DNA of 64,000 nt from a virus (taxonomy: Duplodnaviria; Caudoviricetes), in the IMG/VR virus record IMGVR_UViG_3300031994_000020; one strand, 5' to 3'. The number at the start of each line of letters is the position of its first letter. The stretch's first letter is position 1. The notes beneath the pieces were generated by a model. The model saw only the letters and a program-made list of their open reading frames with translations, was not told the DNA's origin and did not search any database. Both the position numbers and the translations under genes were made by a program. Shown here in pieces: positions 49,896 through 58,234 of this stretch.

Positions 49896-50110
49896 TGCAC
49901 TTGGGCAAACTTGATAAAATTGCTTACCGCAATTTTTAAATAATATTACAAGGGAATAAATTACTTTCTCATAGGTTCTCTGATAACCTAGTTTTTACTC
50001 CCTAGTAAATAAAATACTTTCATAATCTATGTGAAAGTAATATCCTTTTAAATTCTTAATTGATATATCTATCAACAATTCTTTTTAAATTCCACAAGGA
50101 GAGAAGTACA

Positions 50111-50560
50111 ATGGGTAACTTTAACAATTTTCAACGTAATAGTAATTTTGCACCTTTTTATACCCCATCTTCAGTAGTGAGTACTACACCAACGAATAAT
50201 ATTATTTAGGTTCAAGGAATAGAAGGGGCTAAAGCATGGCAACTTGCACCTAGTAGTATTGCAATTCTTTTAGATAGTGAATCAGATGGCAAAATGTATA
50301 TTAAGGTAAGCGATAATATAGGTATGTCTACATTAAGAATTTTTAATTATGTGGAAGAAATACCTAATAACAATGTAAGTACAAGTGTAACCGTAAACAA
50401 TGATTTGGATTTAACTCAATATGTGAGAAAAGACGAATTAAGCAAATTGATAAAGGAGTTAATAGGAAATGAGCAATCTTTACCAACAACTGATGCGGCA
50501 GGCCCCGCCCCTTCAACCACAAGCCCAGGCCCCGCAAAAGTTACAATCCTCAAAAAGTAA
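50111..50560 (+). CDS. Conserved Firmicutes phage hypothetical protein (TAG at 50207)
   Basis: NII[TAG]VQGIEGAKAW..LLDSE..MYIK; AAGGAG RBS. Confidence 0.7.
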
Positions 50561-50753
50561 TTTTTCATTAAAAAATCTTATGAATATCTCCGACCCTTCC
50601 TCGTTCATTCAGAACATGGTCGCGAGCAATCCCCAATTACAAAATGTAATGCAATTATTTCAATCAAGCAAACTTTCCCCAAAAGAATTTTTTTATCAAT
50701 ATGCTAAGCAGAATGGAGTAGATCCAGATCAGTTTCTAAATTCTTTAAAATAA
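50469..50753 (+). CDS. Gln/Pro-rich hypothetical protein
   Basis: AAGGAG upstream; NPQLQNVM..PKEFFYQYAKQNGVDP; overlaps the previous gene by 92 nt. Confidence 0.65.
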   Translation: MSNLYQQLMRQAPPLQPQAQAPQKLQSSKSNFSLKNLMNISDPSSFIQNMVASNPQLQNVMQLFQSSKLSPKEFFYQYAKQNGVDPDQFLNSLK

Positions 50754-50766
50754 GGAGGACATAATA

Positions 50767-51468
50767 ATGTCAGAAAATGGTCTTAGTGCTAGTGATGTTG
50801 CTTTATTAAGCGGAAACCGCGATGGTTTTAATGGATGGGGAGATTCTTCATTCTTTTGGATCTTTGCATTATTAATTCTTGCCGGCGGTGGATTCGGTGG
50901 TTTTGGTTTTGGCAATAATGGATTTGCTAATGCTATTGGTTATGAAAACCTTGCAACTTCTAATGAAGTCCAGAGAGGATTTGATAATCAGAACTCCATG
51001 GCTAACCAGAGAGATATACTTGCCGCAGTAAATTCAGGAACCGCACAAGCAGTTGGTGCTACTAATCAAGTTTATCACGATATAGTAGGTTATGTCGGTG
51101 ATAAGTATAATGAACTTGATAGAGACATCTTTGGTGTAGGCAGCGCTGTTCAGCAGTCAATAGCAAATCAGAACGAATGCTGCTGCGGAACCAAGATGCT
51201 CATGATGGAAACAGGAGCTGGAATCAATGCAGGAATAGCTCAGAACCGTTATGAAGCAGCTATGAATACAGCCGCAATTAACGCAAATACAACAGCACAA
51301 ACACAGAAAATCCTTGATGCTATCCAAGGCAATAGAATAGCAGATTTACAGGATAAAGTTAATCAGCTTGAATTACAGAGTCAACTTGCTTCTGTAGTAC
51401 GCTATCCTAACAATACTTTCTACGCAGTTCCTTCACCTTGCTTTAATTGCGGATGCGGGAATATCTAA
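50767..51468 (+). CDS. Gly-rich TM / coiled-coil / Cys-tailed hypothetical protein
   Basis: FFWIFALLILAGGGFGGFG, QNECCC, TQKILD, CFNCGCG. Confidence 0.75.
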   Translation: MSENGLSASDVALLSGNRDGFNGWGDSSFFWIFALLILAGGGFGGFGFGNNGFANAIGYENLATSNEVQRGFDNQNSMANQRDILAAVNSGTAQAVGATNQVYHDIVGYVGDKYNELDRDIFGVGSAVQQSIANQNECCCGTKMLMMETGAGINAGIAQNRYEAAMNTAAINANTTAQTQKILDAIQGNRIADLQDKVNQLELQSQLASVVRYPNNTFYAVPSPCFNCGCGNI

Positions 51469-51512
51469 TTTAAATCTTTAAACGTCCATTTGACGAGGTA
51501 ATTTTTCACTTC

Positions 51513-51541
51513 GAGGGCGTTTTCTACACGCCCTCTTTTTC
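51513..51541 (+). terminator. Rho-independent terminator
   Basis: GAGGGCGT/ACGCCCTC plus T tract. Confidence 0.7.
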
Positions 51542-51563
51542 TTAATTTAAGGAGGACAATCAA

Positions 51564-51971
51564 ATGAGCAAGTCTGCTATTTATACCGTAAATTCTTCTG
51601 CACAAAATGTTGCAGTTAATGGAACTATTAATTTAGGTACAATCATTAGAAGATATGGCCCAAATGTAAATTTAAATGGAAATGCTATAACTATAAGCGG
51701 AGGCGGGTACTATGATGTTGATGCTTCTATAACATTAGCGCCTACCGCCGCTGGAAACGTAACTGTAACCGCATATAAGGATAATGTTGCGATCCCTGGA
51801 GCTACAGCTAGTGCTACAGCGATCGCCGCAAATGATTTAGTCAATCTCTCTATTTCTTCTATTGTAAGAGAATCATGTGCATGTTGTGAAAGTTTATCTA
51901 ATATTACTTTAGTATTAACAGGAACTGCCGCAAGCATTTCTAATGTAGCTGTTGCTGTGGAGAAACTTTAA
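51564..51971 (+). CDS. Beta-sandwich protein (BclA-C-terminal-like, tentative)
   Basis: ITISGGGYYDVDASITL..AIPGATAS; fold assignment is inference. Confidence 0.5.
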   Translation: MSKSAIYTVNSSAQNVAVNGTINLGTIIRRYGPNVNLNGNAITISGGGYYDVDASITLAPTAAGNVTVTAYKDNVAIPGATASATAIAANDLVNLSISSIVRESCACCESLSNITLVLTGTAASISNVAVAVEKL

Positions 51972-52540
51972 TGACAATAGAAGAAGTATTCAGCGGAATA
52001 GGTCAGAGAATGGTTGAAGGTTTAATGACTCATTCTCAATTAGCTGATTATTTTGGTTTTTTAGGATTAGAAGGTTATCAACAATGTCATTTATATCATT
52101 ATTTTGATGAAAATTGTAATTATAAAAAGATAAGTAATTATTATTTAAAACATTATAATAAATTATTAATAGATATGCCTTTTAAAAATCCTAATGTAAT
52201 ACCTGCTGATTAGTTTAGATACAATAGACAGCAAGTAACAAGTGATATTAGAAAAGATTCTATAAATGCGGGATTTGAAAAATAGGTAGAATAGGAAAAG
52301 AACACTAAAATATTTTATGAGCAAATGTATCGCACACTATCTCAACTTGGAGAAGATGCGGCTGCCGCATTTATATTGGATTTTGTAAAAGATGTAGATT
52401 GTGAGCTTGCGGAAGCTCAACAAAAATATCTTGAACTGACTGCTATTGATTATGACATTACTAATGTAATGGAAGAACAAGAGAGAGTAAAAAAGAAATA
52501 TAAAAATAAAATAAAGGAGATTTCATTATGTATGATATAA
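51971..52540 (+). CDS. Ferritin-like four-helix protein (3 TAG)
   Basis: FLGLEGY..HLYH..E, IPAD[TAG]FRY, K[TAG]VE[TAG]EKNTK, DVDCEL; fragments in frame. Confidence 0.65.
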
Positions 52541-52716
52541 AAGATATATGTGATGAGATAAAGAATCTTGAGGAGTGCGAACTTTCTTAGGATATGTGTA
52601 AGAAACTTTCATCTCTTTATATAATAAAAGATTTTTATAAAAAATATTATGAAGATGCGGGAACTCGCCTTGTGGCGAACGAAACTATGATGACTTCTCC
52701 AATGAAGGAGAGATAA
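52528..52716 (+). CDS. Small hypothetical protein (62 aa; TAG at 52588)
   Basis: AAGGAG RBS; reads to TAA 52714 just before the terminator. Confidence 0.55.
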
Positions 52717-52720
52717 AAAT

Positions 52721-52758
52721 AAGGACGTAGATTATTTATCTACGTCCTTTTTCTTTTT
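52721..52758. terminator. Terminator between the convergent late and early arms
   Basis: AAGGACGTAGAT/ATCTACGTCCTT stem with A- and T-rich flanks. Confidence 0.8.
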
Positions 52759-53779
52759 ATAAATTTAATATAAAATCTCTGAAACTTTGAGTTTCAACGA
52801 AACTACAACATCCTATTTGACTTCCCATTTTTACTCTATTGTATCTATCTGGCATACCATATATATATTTAATAATATCCCAATCATTTAATCTGAGTTC
52901 TTCTATAATCTTTCTTTTTAATGACTTTAAAGCATCATAGCTTTCAACTAATGTATCATTAGCACCAAGTCTCCATAAGCTAGCTTGATAATAAAAATAT
53001 CCATGAAGTAAAGTCATCATAATTTGATGGAGTCCAAAATTCTTAAGATTTTGGTCATCATTATTTAAATACATATCAAAGAAAGGATAGCTTGCCCCCA
53101 TAAGAAAATCTCCAAGATATGTGTCTATGTAAAAATTTTTTTCATTAAAATAAGACCTTGATAAAGACTCTGGATTGTGAACCCATTTATAAGTATAAAT
53201 AGGAACATAAGCATAATCTTCTCCTATTGATATTAAAGAAGCTAAGTTACACGAGTTAAAGAAAACATCTTCATGTGACATTAAATCTTCTTTAAAATAA
53301 CAATGAAATTTATTTAATGTATTTTCTACATTAAAATATTTTCCATGGAGCCAAGTATCTGTTTCATCGCCATGAAATTCTCTTCCATAGGTTTGTGTAT
53401 CATAAAAGAATTCTCTAAATTCTGTGCATAATGTGTATTCTATACCATCTTCTTGTATTATTTTAAATACTGTCTTAAAAGCATTTGGTTCAAACATATC
53501 ATCATTGTCTATAAAAGTAAGCCATTCTCCGTGTACATAAGGGAGTGCGGCCTGCCGCGTATTTCCTGGACAATGTACCTCCCGCGTTGTTTCACAATAT
53601 ACAATATTCATTTTATCTTCAAATGTTTTTACCACATTAAGAAAATTATCAGTTGATTTATCATCACAAATAATAACTTCATAATCATCTTTATGAAGTC
53701 CATTATCTAATACGGATTGTAACAATCTACCTATTGTTTTTTCACAATTATAACATGGTACAACGATTGATAATTTCAT
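52757..53779 (-). CDS. Glycosyltransferase family 2
   Basis: SIVVPCYN, ICDDKSTD, FIDNDD, HEDVFF. Confidence 0.9.
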   Translation of the reverse strand: MKLSIVVPCYNCEKTIGRLLQSVLDNGLHKDDYEVIICDDKSTDNFLNVVKTFEDKMNIVYCETTREVHCPGNTRQAALPYVHGEWLTFIDNDDMFEPNAFKTVFKIIQEDGIEYTLCTEFREFFYDTQTYGREFHGDETDTWLHGKYFNVENTLNKFHCYFKEDLMSHEDVFFNSCNLASLISIGEDYAYVPIYTYKWVHNPESLSRSYFNEKNFYIDTYLGDFLMGASYPFFDMYLNNDDQNLKNFGLHQIMMTLLHGYFYYQASLWRLGANDTLVESYDALKSLKRKIIEELRLNDWDIIKYIYGMPDRYNRVKMGSQIGCCSFVETQSFRDFILNL

Positions 53780-53800
53780 CCTTTTATCTCCTTAAAAGAA

Positions 53801-53830
53801 AAGCCCTGATATTTTTATATCAGGGCTATT
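53801..53830 (-). terminator. Terminator after the dUTPase gene
   Basis: AGCCCTGAT/ATCAGGGCT stem with T tract on the - strand. Confidence 0.65.
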
Positions 53831-53832
53831 TT

Positions 53833-54276
53833 TTATTTTATTCCAGTACTTCCAAAACCGCCCTCGCCGCGCTCTGTACTATCAAGTTCATCAACTTCAT
53901 TAAATGAAACTTTAGGACATTCCATTATAATAAGCTGCGCGATTCTAGTTCCTGCGGGAATTATCTGCTCTATATCTGTATCATTATGTATTGCTACAAC
54001 TACAGGACCTCGATAATCTGCGTCTATAACTCCAACACAGTTCGCAGGTCTAAGTCCCTGCTTTGTAGCGAGTCCACTTCTCGCAAAGATAGCTCCAAAA
54101 TAACCATCTGGAATCGCCATTGAAAGTCCCGTATCAATTTTTACGGTTGCGCCAGGAGGAAGCTCTATATCATAGTTTGTGGCTGCATAGAGGTCGGCGC
54201 CCGCAGAAAAAGCAGTACCAAAAGTAGGCATTTTAGCAAGATTGTTTAATTTCTTAATATCTATATTTATTACCAT
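53833..54276 (-). CDS. dut: Trimeric dUTPase
   Basis: AGADL, RSGLA, GVIDADYRG, RIAQL, RGEGGFGSTG. Confidence 0.95.
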   Translation of the reverse strand: MVINIDIKKLNNLAKMPTFGTAFSAGADLYAATNYDIELPPGATVKIDTGLSMAIPDGYFGAIFARSGLATKQGLRPANCVGVIDADYRGPVVVAIHNDTDIEQIIPAGTRIAQLIIMECPKVSFNEVDELDSTERGEGGFGSTGIK

Positions 54277-54278
54277 AA

Positions 54279-54602
54279 TTAAAATTCCACTCCTTCATCA
54301 TCGTCATCGTCTATATCATCATCTGTTGTTTCTTTTACTATTGGCTCAGGGAAATATCCTGGATCAACATTATAACTAACAGAAGCAGTACAATCAGGCT
54401 CTTTTTCAGAAGTGAAATCTTCAGTAAGGGTAACTCTATACCATTCATCTTCTATTTCACCTTTTACCTTTTTACATTTGTATTCTGAGCTGTACTTTGA
54501 TAATGTAAAATTACGGTCTCTTTTAGCTTCTTCTATAAGCTGCTTAGCTTCTTCCTCATTAGGAACTCTATAAGTAAGAACACTTCTTATAAGATATTTC
54601 AT
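54279..54602 (-). CDS. Hypothetical protein
   Basis: Intact ORF with RBS. Confidence 0.65.
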   Translation of the reverse strand: MKYLIRSVLTYRVPNEEEAKQLIEEAKRDRNFTLSKYSSEYKCKKVKGEIEDEWYRVTLTEDFTSEKEPDCTASVSYNVDPGYFPEPIVKETTDDDIDDDDDEGVEF

Positions 54603-54621
54603 CCTTTTTATCTCCTTTTTA

Positions 54622-54876
54622 TTATATCATTTCAACAGTAATAGGAAAATCATTAAATTCTGTACTTCTATTAAGTTCTCTTTGAACTTTATCTCCTATT
54701 GCTTCCCAACCTTTAATTTTAAGAATAGGAGTGTCATTTTGTCTACATAAGGCATAACATACATGTTCTATATCACTTAAAGCACAGTCTATTTCTTGAA
54801 TACATCTTTCATTATCATAAACGCATACTTTTTGTTTTAATACAAAAGGACTTATAACTGCTACGACTTGTTTCAT
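54622..54876 (-). CDS. Hypothetical protein
   Basis: Intact ORF with RBS. Confidence 0.65.
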   Translation of the reverse strand: MKQVVAVISPFVLKQKVCVYDNERCIQEIDCALSDIEHVCYALCRQNDTPILKIKGWEAIGDKVQRELNRSTEFNDFPITVEMI

Positions 54877-54888
54877 ATTTTTTTCCTC

Positions 54889-55266
54889 TTATGCTGATAT
54901 AATACCATGAGTATAGTCAAAAAGATAATATACAAAACATTCTTTAGTATCAGGATCTTTTATCCAAATCTCATAATTGCCATCTTCTAATAATTCTATG
55001 TCAATAATCTCTCCTCTGTTTTGTAAAGTAGGTCTTAATTCTTTTACAATACCATCAAGAGTGAGAGGAATAAAAATTGTATAATCTCTTCTTTCATGGC
55101 ATAATAGCATCCAATATGTCTTTTTATTATTAGTTGCTTCTTCCTAAATATGTTTTCCCATATCATAGGATTTTATATTAAATGTTATAGTTTCAAGCGG
55201 AGCTTCTTGACTCATAGCTTGTTTGTTTATAGAATATAAAGTTATATCTGTATTTAATTCTGCCAT
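54889..55266 (-). CDS. Hypothetical protein (125 aa; one TAG at 55146-55144)
   Basis: MAELNTDITLYSINKQ..KHI[TAG]EEA..YWMLLCHERRDYT; the start lies just downstream of a promoter and an RBS-like sequence. Confidence 0.7.
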
Positions 55267-55301
55267 ATTAAAAAACCTTTCCCTTAATTTTATCTATATA
55301 T

Positions 55302-55330
55302 ATTATAGCATATTTTTTATACTAAGTCAA
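55302..55330 (-). promoter_or_regulatory. SigA-type promoter
   Basis: TTGACT-17 nt-TATAAT with extended TG. Confidence 0.75.
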
Positions 55331-57606
55331 GTTATATATCCACGTAATTTTTTACTATGTTTATATCTATCTTCAACTTCGTGTTGCTTACCTATATTAA
55401 ATGCAGACTTATAATCTCCGGTAAGGTATCCCGTGACTCGTCTAAGTCTCTGAATATTAGAGCTGCCACAAGCAGGACAGGAATCATTAATTAATCCAGT
55501 ATAACCACAATCTGCACACATATCATTCGGTACATTTAAAGCAAAATAGGGTATATCTTTATCCATGGCATAATTAACAAGAGTTTCCATAGCTTTGAGA
55601 TTTTGAATTACCGCGCCTTCAAGCTCCACGTAAGTGATGCATCCCGCACTACTATATCCTGTTAATTGAGACTCAATGTCTATCTTTTCTATTGGTGATA
55701 TTTCTTTCCAAACAGGAACATGCATACTGTTAGTAAAATATTCTCTATCACTTACATTAGGTATCTTACCATATTTTTTGCGGAATTTTTCTAAAGCAGT
55801 GTGGCAAAGATTTTCTGCGGGAGTGTAATACACTCCGAAGTTAAGTTTATATTCTTCTTTAAACTCAGCACAGCGATCTTTAAATAACTGCTCTATCTTC
55901 TTTGCTAATTCCATTCCTTTTGTTTCAGTATGGTCACATCCCACCAGAATTTGTAAGCACTCAGCTAAGCCTAACTGTCCTATAGCAAGAGTTCCGTGCT
56001 TAAGTGCTGATCTAATGCCTTCTTCAGGCACATATCCTGCCATAGTTCCATTCTCATACATGAATTTAGCTGATGCGGGATCTTGATTACATATATATTC
56101 AAAACGCTCAATGAGCATATCTTTTGCATCATTTATTGCATCATCAAGAAGTTTCATAAAATCATCTATTATATTATAAGATGATTCCCAAAACATTAAT
56201 TTATTACCATTTTTATCATATGCATACTCTTTATGATCTGTAAATAATGCTTCCATTGCTATTGTTGGAAGAATAATTGTAACTGGACAGATATTTCCAC
56301 GTCCATCTTTGAGCTGACCGAACCCGTTTATATCCCAACCATTCGCAGTTCTACAACCCATGGTGCTAAAGTATGTGCGCGGATCATCTGGATCGTATCC
56401 CGCATTACCGCTCCAATCGCAATTCGCATAATTAGGATAAAGACGCTTAGCAGTAGATTCAAGTGCCAATTGATAAAGGTCGTAATTCGGATCTCCAGGT
56501 TTGCGATTTACTCCTTTCATCATTTGGAATATACCACAAGGGAATATAGGAGTTTTATGAAATTTACCTACTCCTTTAATGCTACCTCTAAGAAGCGCTT
56601 CTGTAACCATGCGACCCTCAGGAAGAGTACATGTTCCATAATTGATCGAGGTAAAGGGGAGCTGATTCCCGCTTCGTGATTGTAAGGTGTTAAGATTGTG
56701 ATACATACCCTCGACTGCTTGCTGCGTTTCTTTGATTGTCATATCCATAGCATATTGATATGCTTTTTCAAATGTTTTATAACCTTTATCGTCAATCGGG
56801 GTTTCTGAAGTAAACACACCTTCATATTTATCAGTATTTATTTCTAAAATATATTTACAACCATCTTTCCAATGTTTATAAAAACTTTTTCTTACATATG
56901 GAACCATTGTCCAATCTAGATGAGTCGCAGAAACGCCTCCAAATTGCTGCAGAGACTGGAGCTGAAAGATTACAGCGACTAACTGAAAAGCAGTATTAAT
57001 ACTATTTGCGGGGCGTACATCTGTCTGCCGCGTATTAAACCCTTTTGCAAGTAAATCATCAAAAGGTACACTAAGGCAATTATGCATACCAATAGCATAG
57101 CTATCGAGATCATGAATATAGATCTCATTATTCACATGTCTAGCTTTTGATTTCTCTGACATGCAGTTATCAAGAGCAAACTCTTTCATAAGCACTGCAT
57201 CAGCTTCGCCTTTTCGACCACCAAAACTATGTTCATCAACATTTGCATTCTGGTTCTGTACATTACTAGCCTGGAGCTTTTCTTTAATAACCGACATCAT
57301 ATGGCTATTCCATTTGCGCTGTTTATCGCGGTCATGGCGATATTCAATGTATGCGGTGGCCACGTCGCGTCTTTTCGTTGACATAAGACCATGTTCTACT
57401 AATGATTGTATATCATCAATAGTTAATTCATTTGGTTGCCCTTCCATATATCCTTCAATATAGTTTGCTATATTTTGGGCTTTTTCTTCTGCGTATGGAG
57501 TTATTTTTCCATCAACCGCAATAAATGCTTTAAGAACAGCATTCTTAATTTTTTCTGAATTAAATGGTTCTCTAATACCATCACGTTTTATTATAAATAA
57601 ATCCAT
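55327..57606 (-). CDS. nrdD: Anaerobic (class III) ribonucleoside-triphosphate reductase
   Basis: ATP cone, IYIHDLD, MGCRT, TPAENL, CxxC..CPxC, RVTGYL glycyl-radical motif. Confidence 0.95.
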   Translation of the reverse strand: MDLFIIKRDGIREPFNSEKIKNAVLKAFIAVDGKITPYAEEKAQNIANYIEGYMEGQPNELTIDDIQSLVEHGLMSTKRRDVATAYIEYRHDRDKQRKWNSHMMSVIKEKLQASNVQNQNANVDEHSFGGRKGEADAVLMKEFALDNCMSEKSKARHVNNEIYIHDLDSYAIGMHNCLSVPFDDLLAKGFNTRQTDVRPANSINTAFQLVAVIFQLQSLQQFGGVSATHLDWTMVPYVRKSFYKHWKDGCKYILEINTDKYEGVFTSETPIDDKGYKTFEKAYQYAMDMTIKETQQAVEGMYHNLNTLQSRSGNQLPFTSINYGTCTLPEGRMVTEALLRGSIKGVGKFHKTPIFPCGIFQMMKGVNRKPGDPNYDLYQLALESTAKRLYPNYANCDWSGNAGYDPDDPRTYFSTMGCRTANGWDINGFGQLKDGRGNICPVTIILPTIAMEALFTDHKEYAYDKNGNKLMFWESSYNIIDDFMKLLDDAINDAKDMLIERFEYICNQDPASAKFMYENGTMAGYVPEEGIRSALKHGTLAIGQLGLAECLQILVGCDHTETKGMELAKKIEQLFKDRCAEFKEEYKLNFGVYYTPAENLCHTALEKFRKKYGKIPNVSDREYFTNSMHVPVWKEISPIEKIDIESQLTGYSSAGCITYVELEGAVIQNLKAMETLVNYAMDKDIPYFALNVPNDMCADCGYTGLINDSCPACGSSNIQRLRRVTGYLTGDYKSAFNIGKQHEVEDRYKHSKKLRGYIT

Positions 57607-57675
57607 TGGTATTTACCTCCCTAATTATTATTATTTTAAGGTTTGTAAATATATTTTACTTTTATACAAGATATA

Positions 57676-58179
57676 TTAATTAAATTCGCCCGTTGTATTA
57701 TAACTAGTACATGTTATCCCATAGTCTTTACCTGTATCCCATGGGGTAGTAATCAATGGACAAACAATAGGATCAGGATTAGAAGGAACTGTAATTATAT
57801 GCGCGGGAGCTGTAAGACTCGACTCTTCTTTAAGCTCTTTATATTTATTTAAATACCAATCAGATTTCTTTAAATCTTCTTCACCATTTTTATCTGCCGC
57901 GCGATATCTGTATTTCCAAGCATTGCAAAGGCAGAAGTTCTGAACTGCTTCCTTACCAAATACTAAAATCATTTCGTCTATACATTCCATCCCGCCTTCA
58001 CGATTATAATGCTTAGGATGGTTTACATTTTCTTTAGCCAATTTTTTATTCTCCTTTGGTATTTCTGTTTTTAACATTTCTAATGTATCATTAAACTTTT
58101 GTTTGTACTCTTCTGGCAACAATGTTATTTTCCAATCTGGATCATCATCATCTATAAAATTTACAGTATTAGTATTCAT
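57676..58179 (-). CDS. DUF3310 (SaV-like) protein
   Basis: NVNHPKHY..ECID..NAWKY.YR..KNGEEDLKK..WY. Confidence 0.8.
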   Translation of the reverse strand: MNTNTVNFIDDDDPDWKITLLPEEYKQKFNDTLEMLKTEIPKENKKLAKENVNHPKHYNREGGMECIDEMILVFGKEAVQNFCLCNAWKYRYRAADKNGEEDLKKSDWYLNKYKELKEESSLTAPAHIITVPSNPDPIVCPLITTPWDTGKDYGITCTSYNTTGEFN

Positions 58180-58234
58180 ATTACTCTCCTTGTGCGGCGA
58201 CCCAGCTCAGTGCATCACTGAGCTGGCTTCCCGC

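Noticed and set aside
2-52716. Decayed prophage with many pseudogenes
   Set aside because: Interruptions are almost exclusively TAG, at Trp positions, with no frameshifts seen. RBSs, overlaps and terminators are intact.
2-52716. TAG to Gln (code 15) or pyrrolysine
   Set aside because: TAG pairs with TGG in repeats and paralogues and occupies Trp motifs. No pyl genes were seen.
2-52716. G-to-A hypermutation or sequencing artefact creating TAG
   Set aside because: It should also produce TGA/TAA from TGG and would not spare capsid, tail-tube and replication genes. Not fully excluded without reads.
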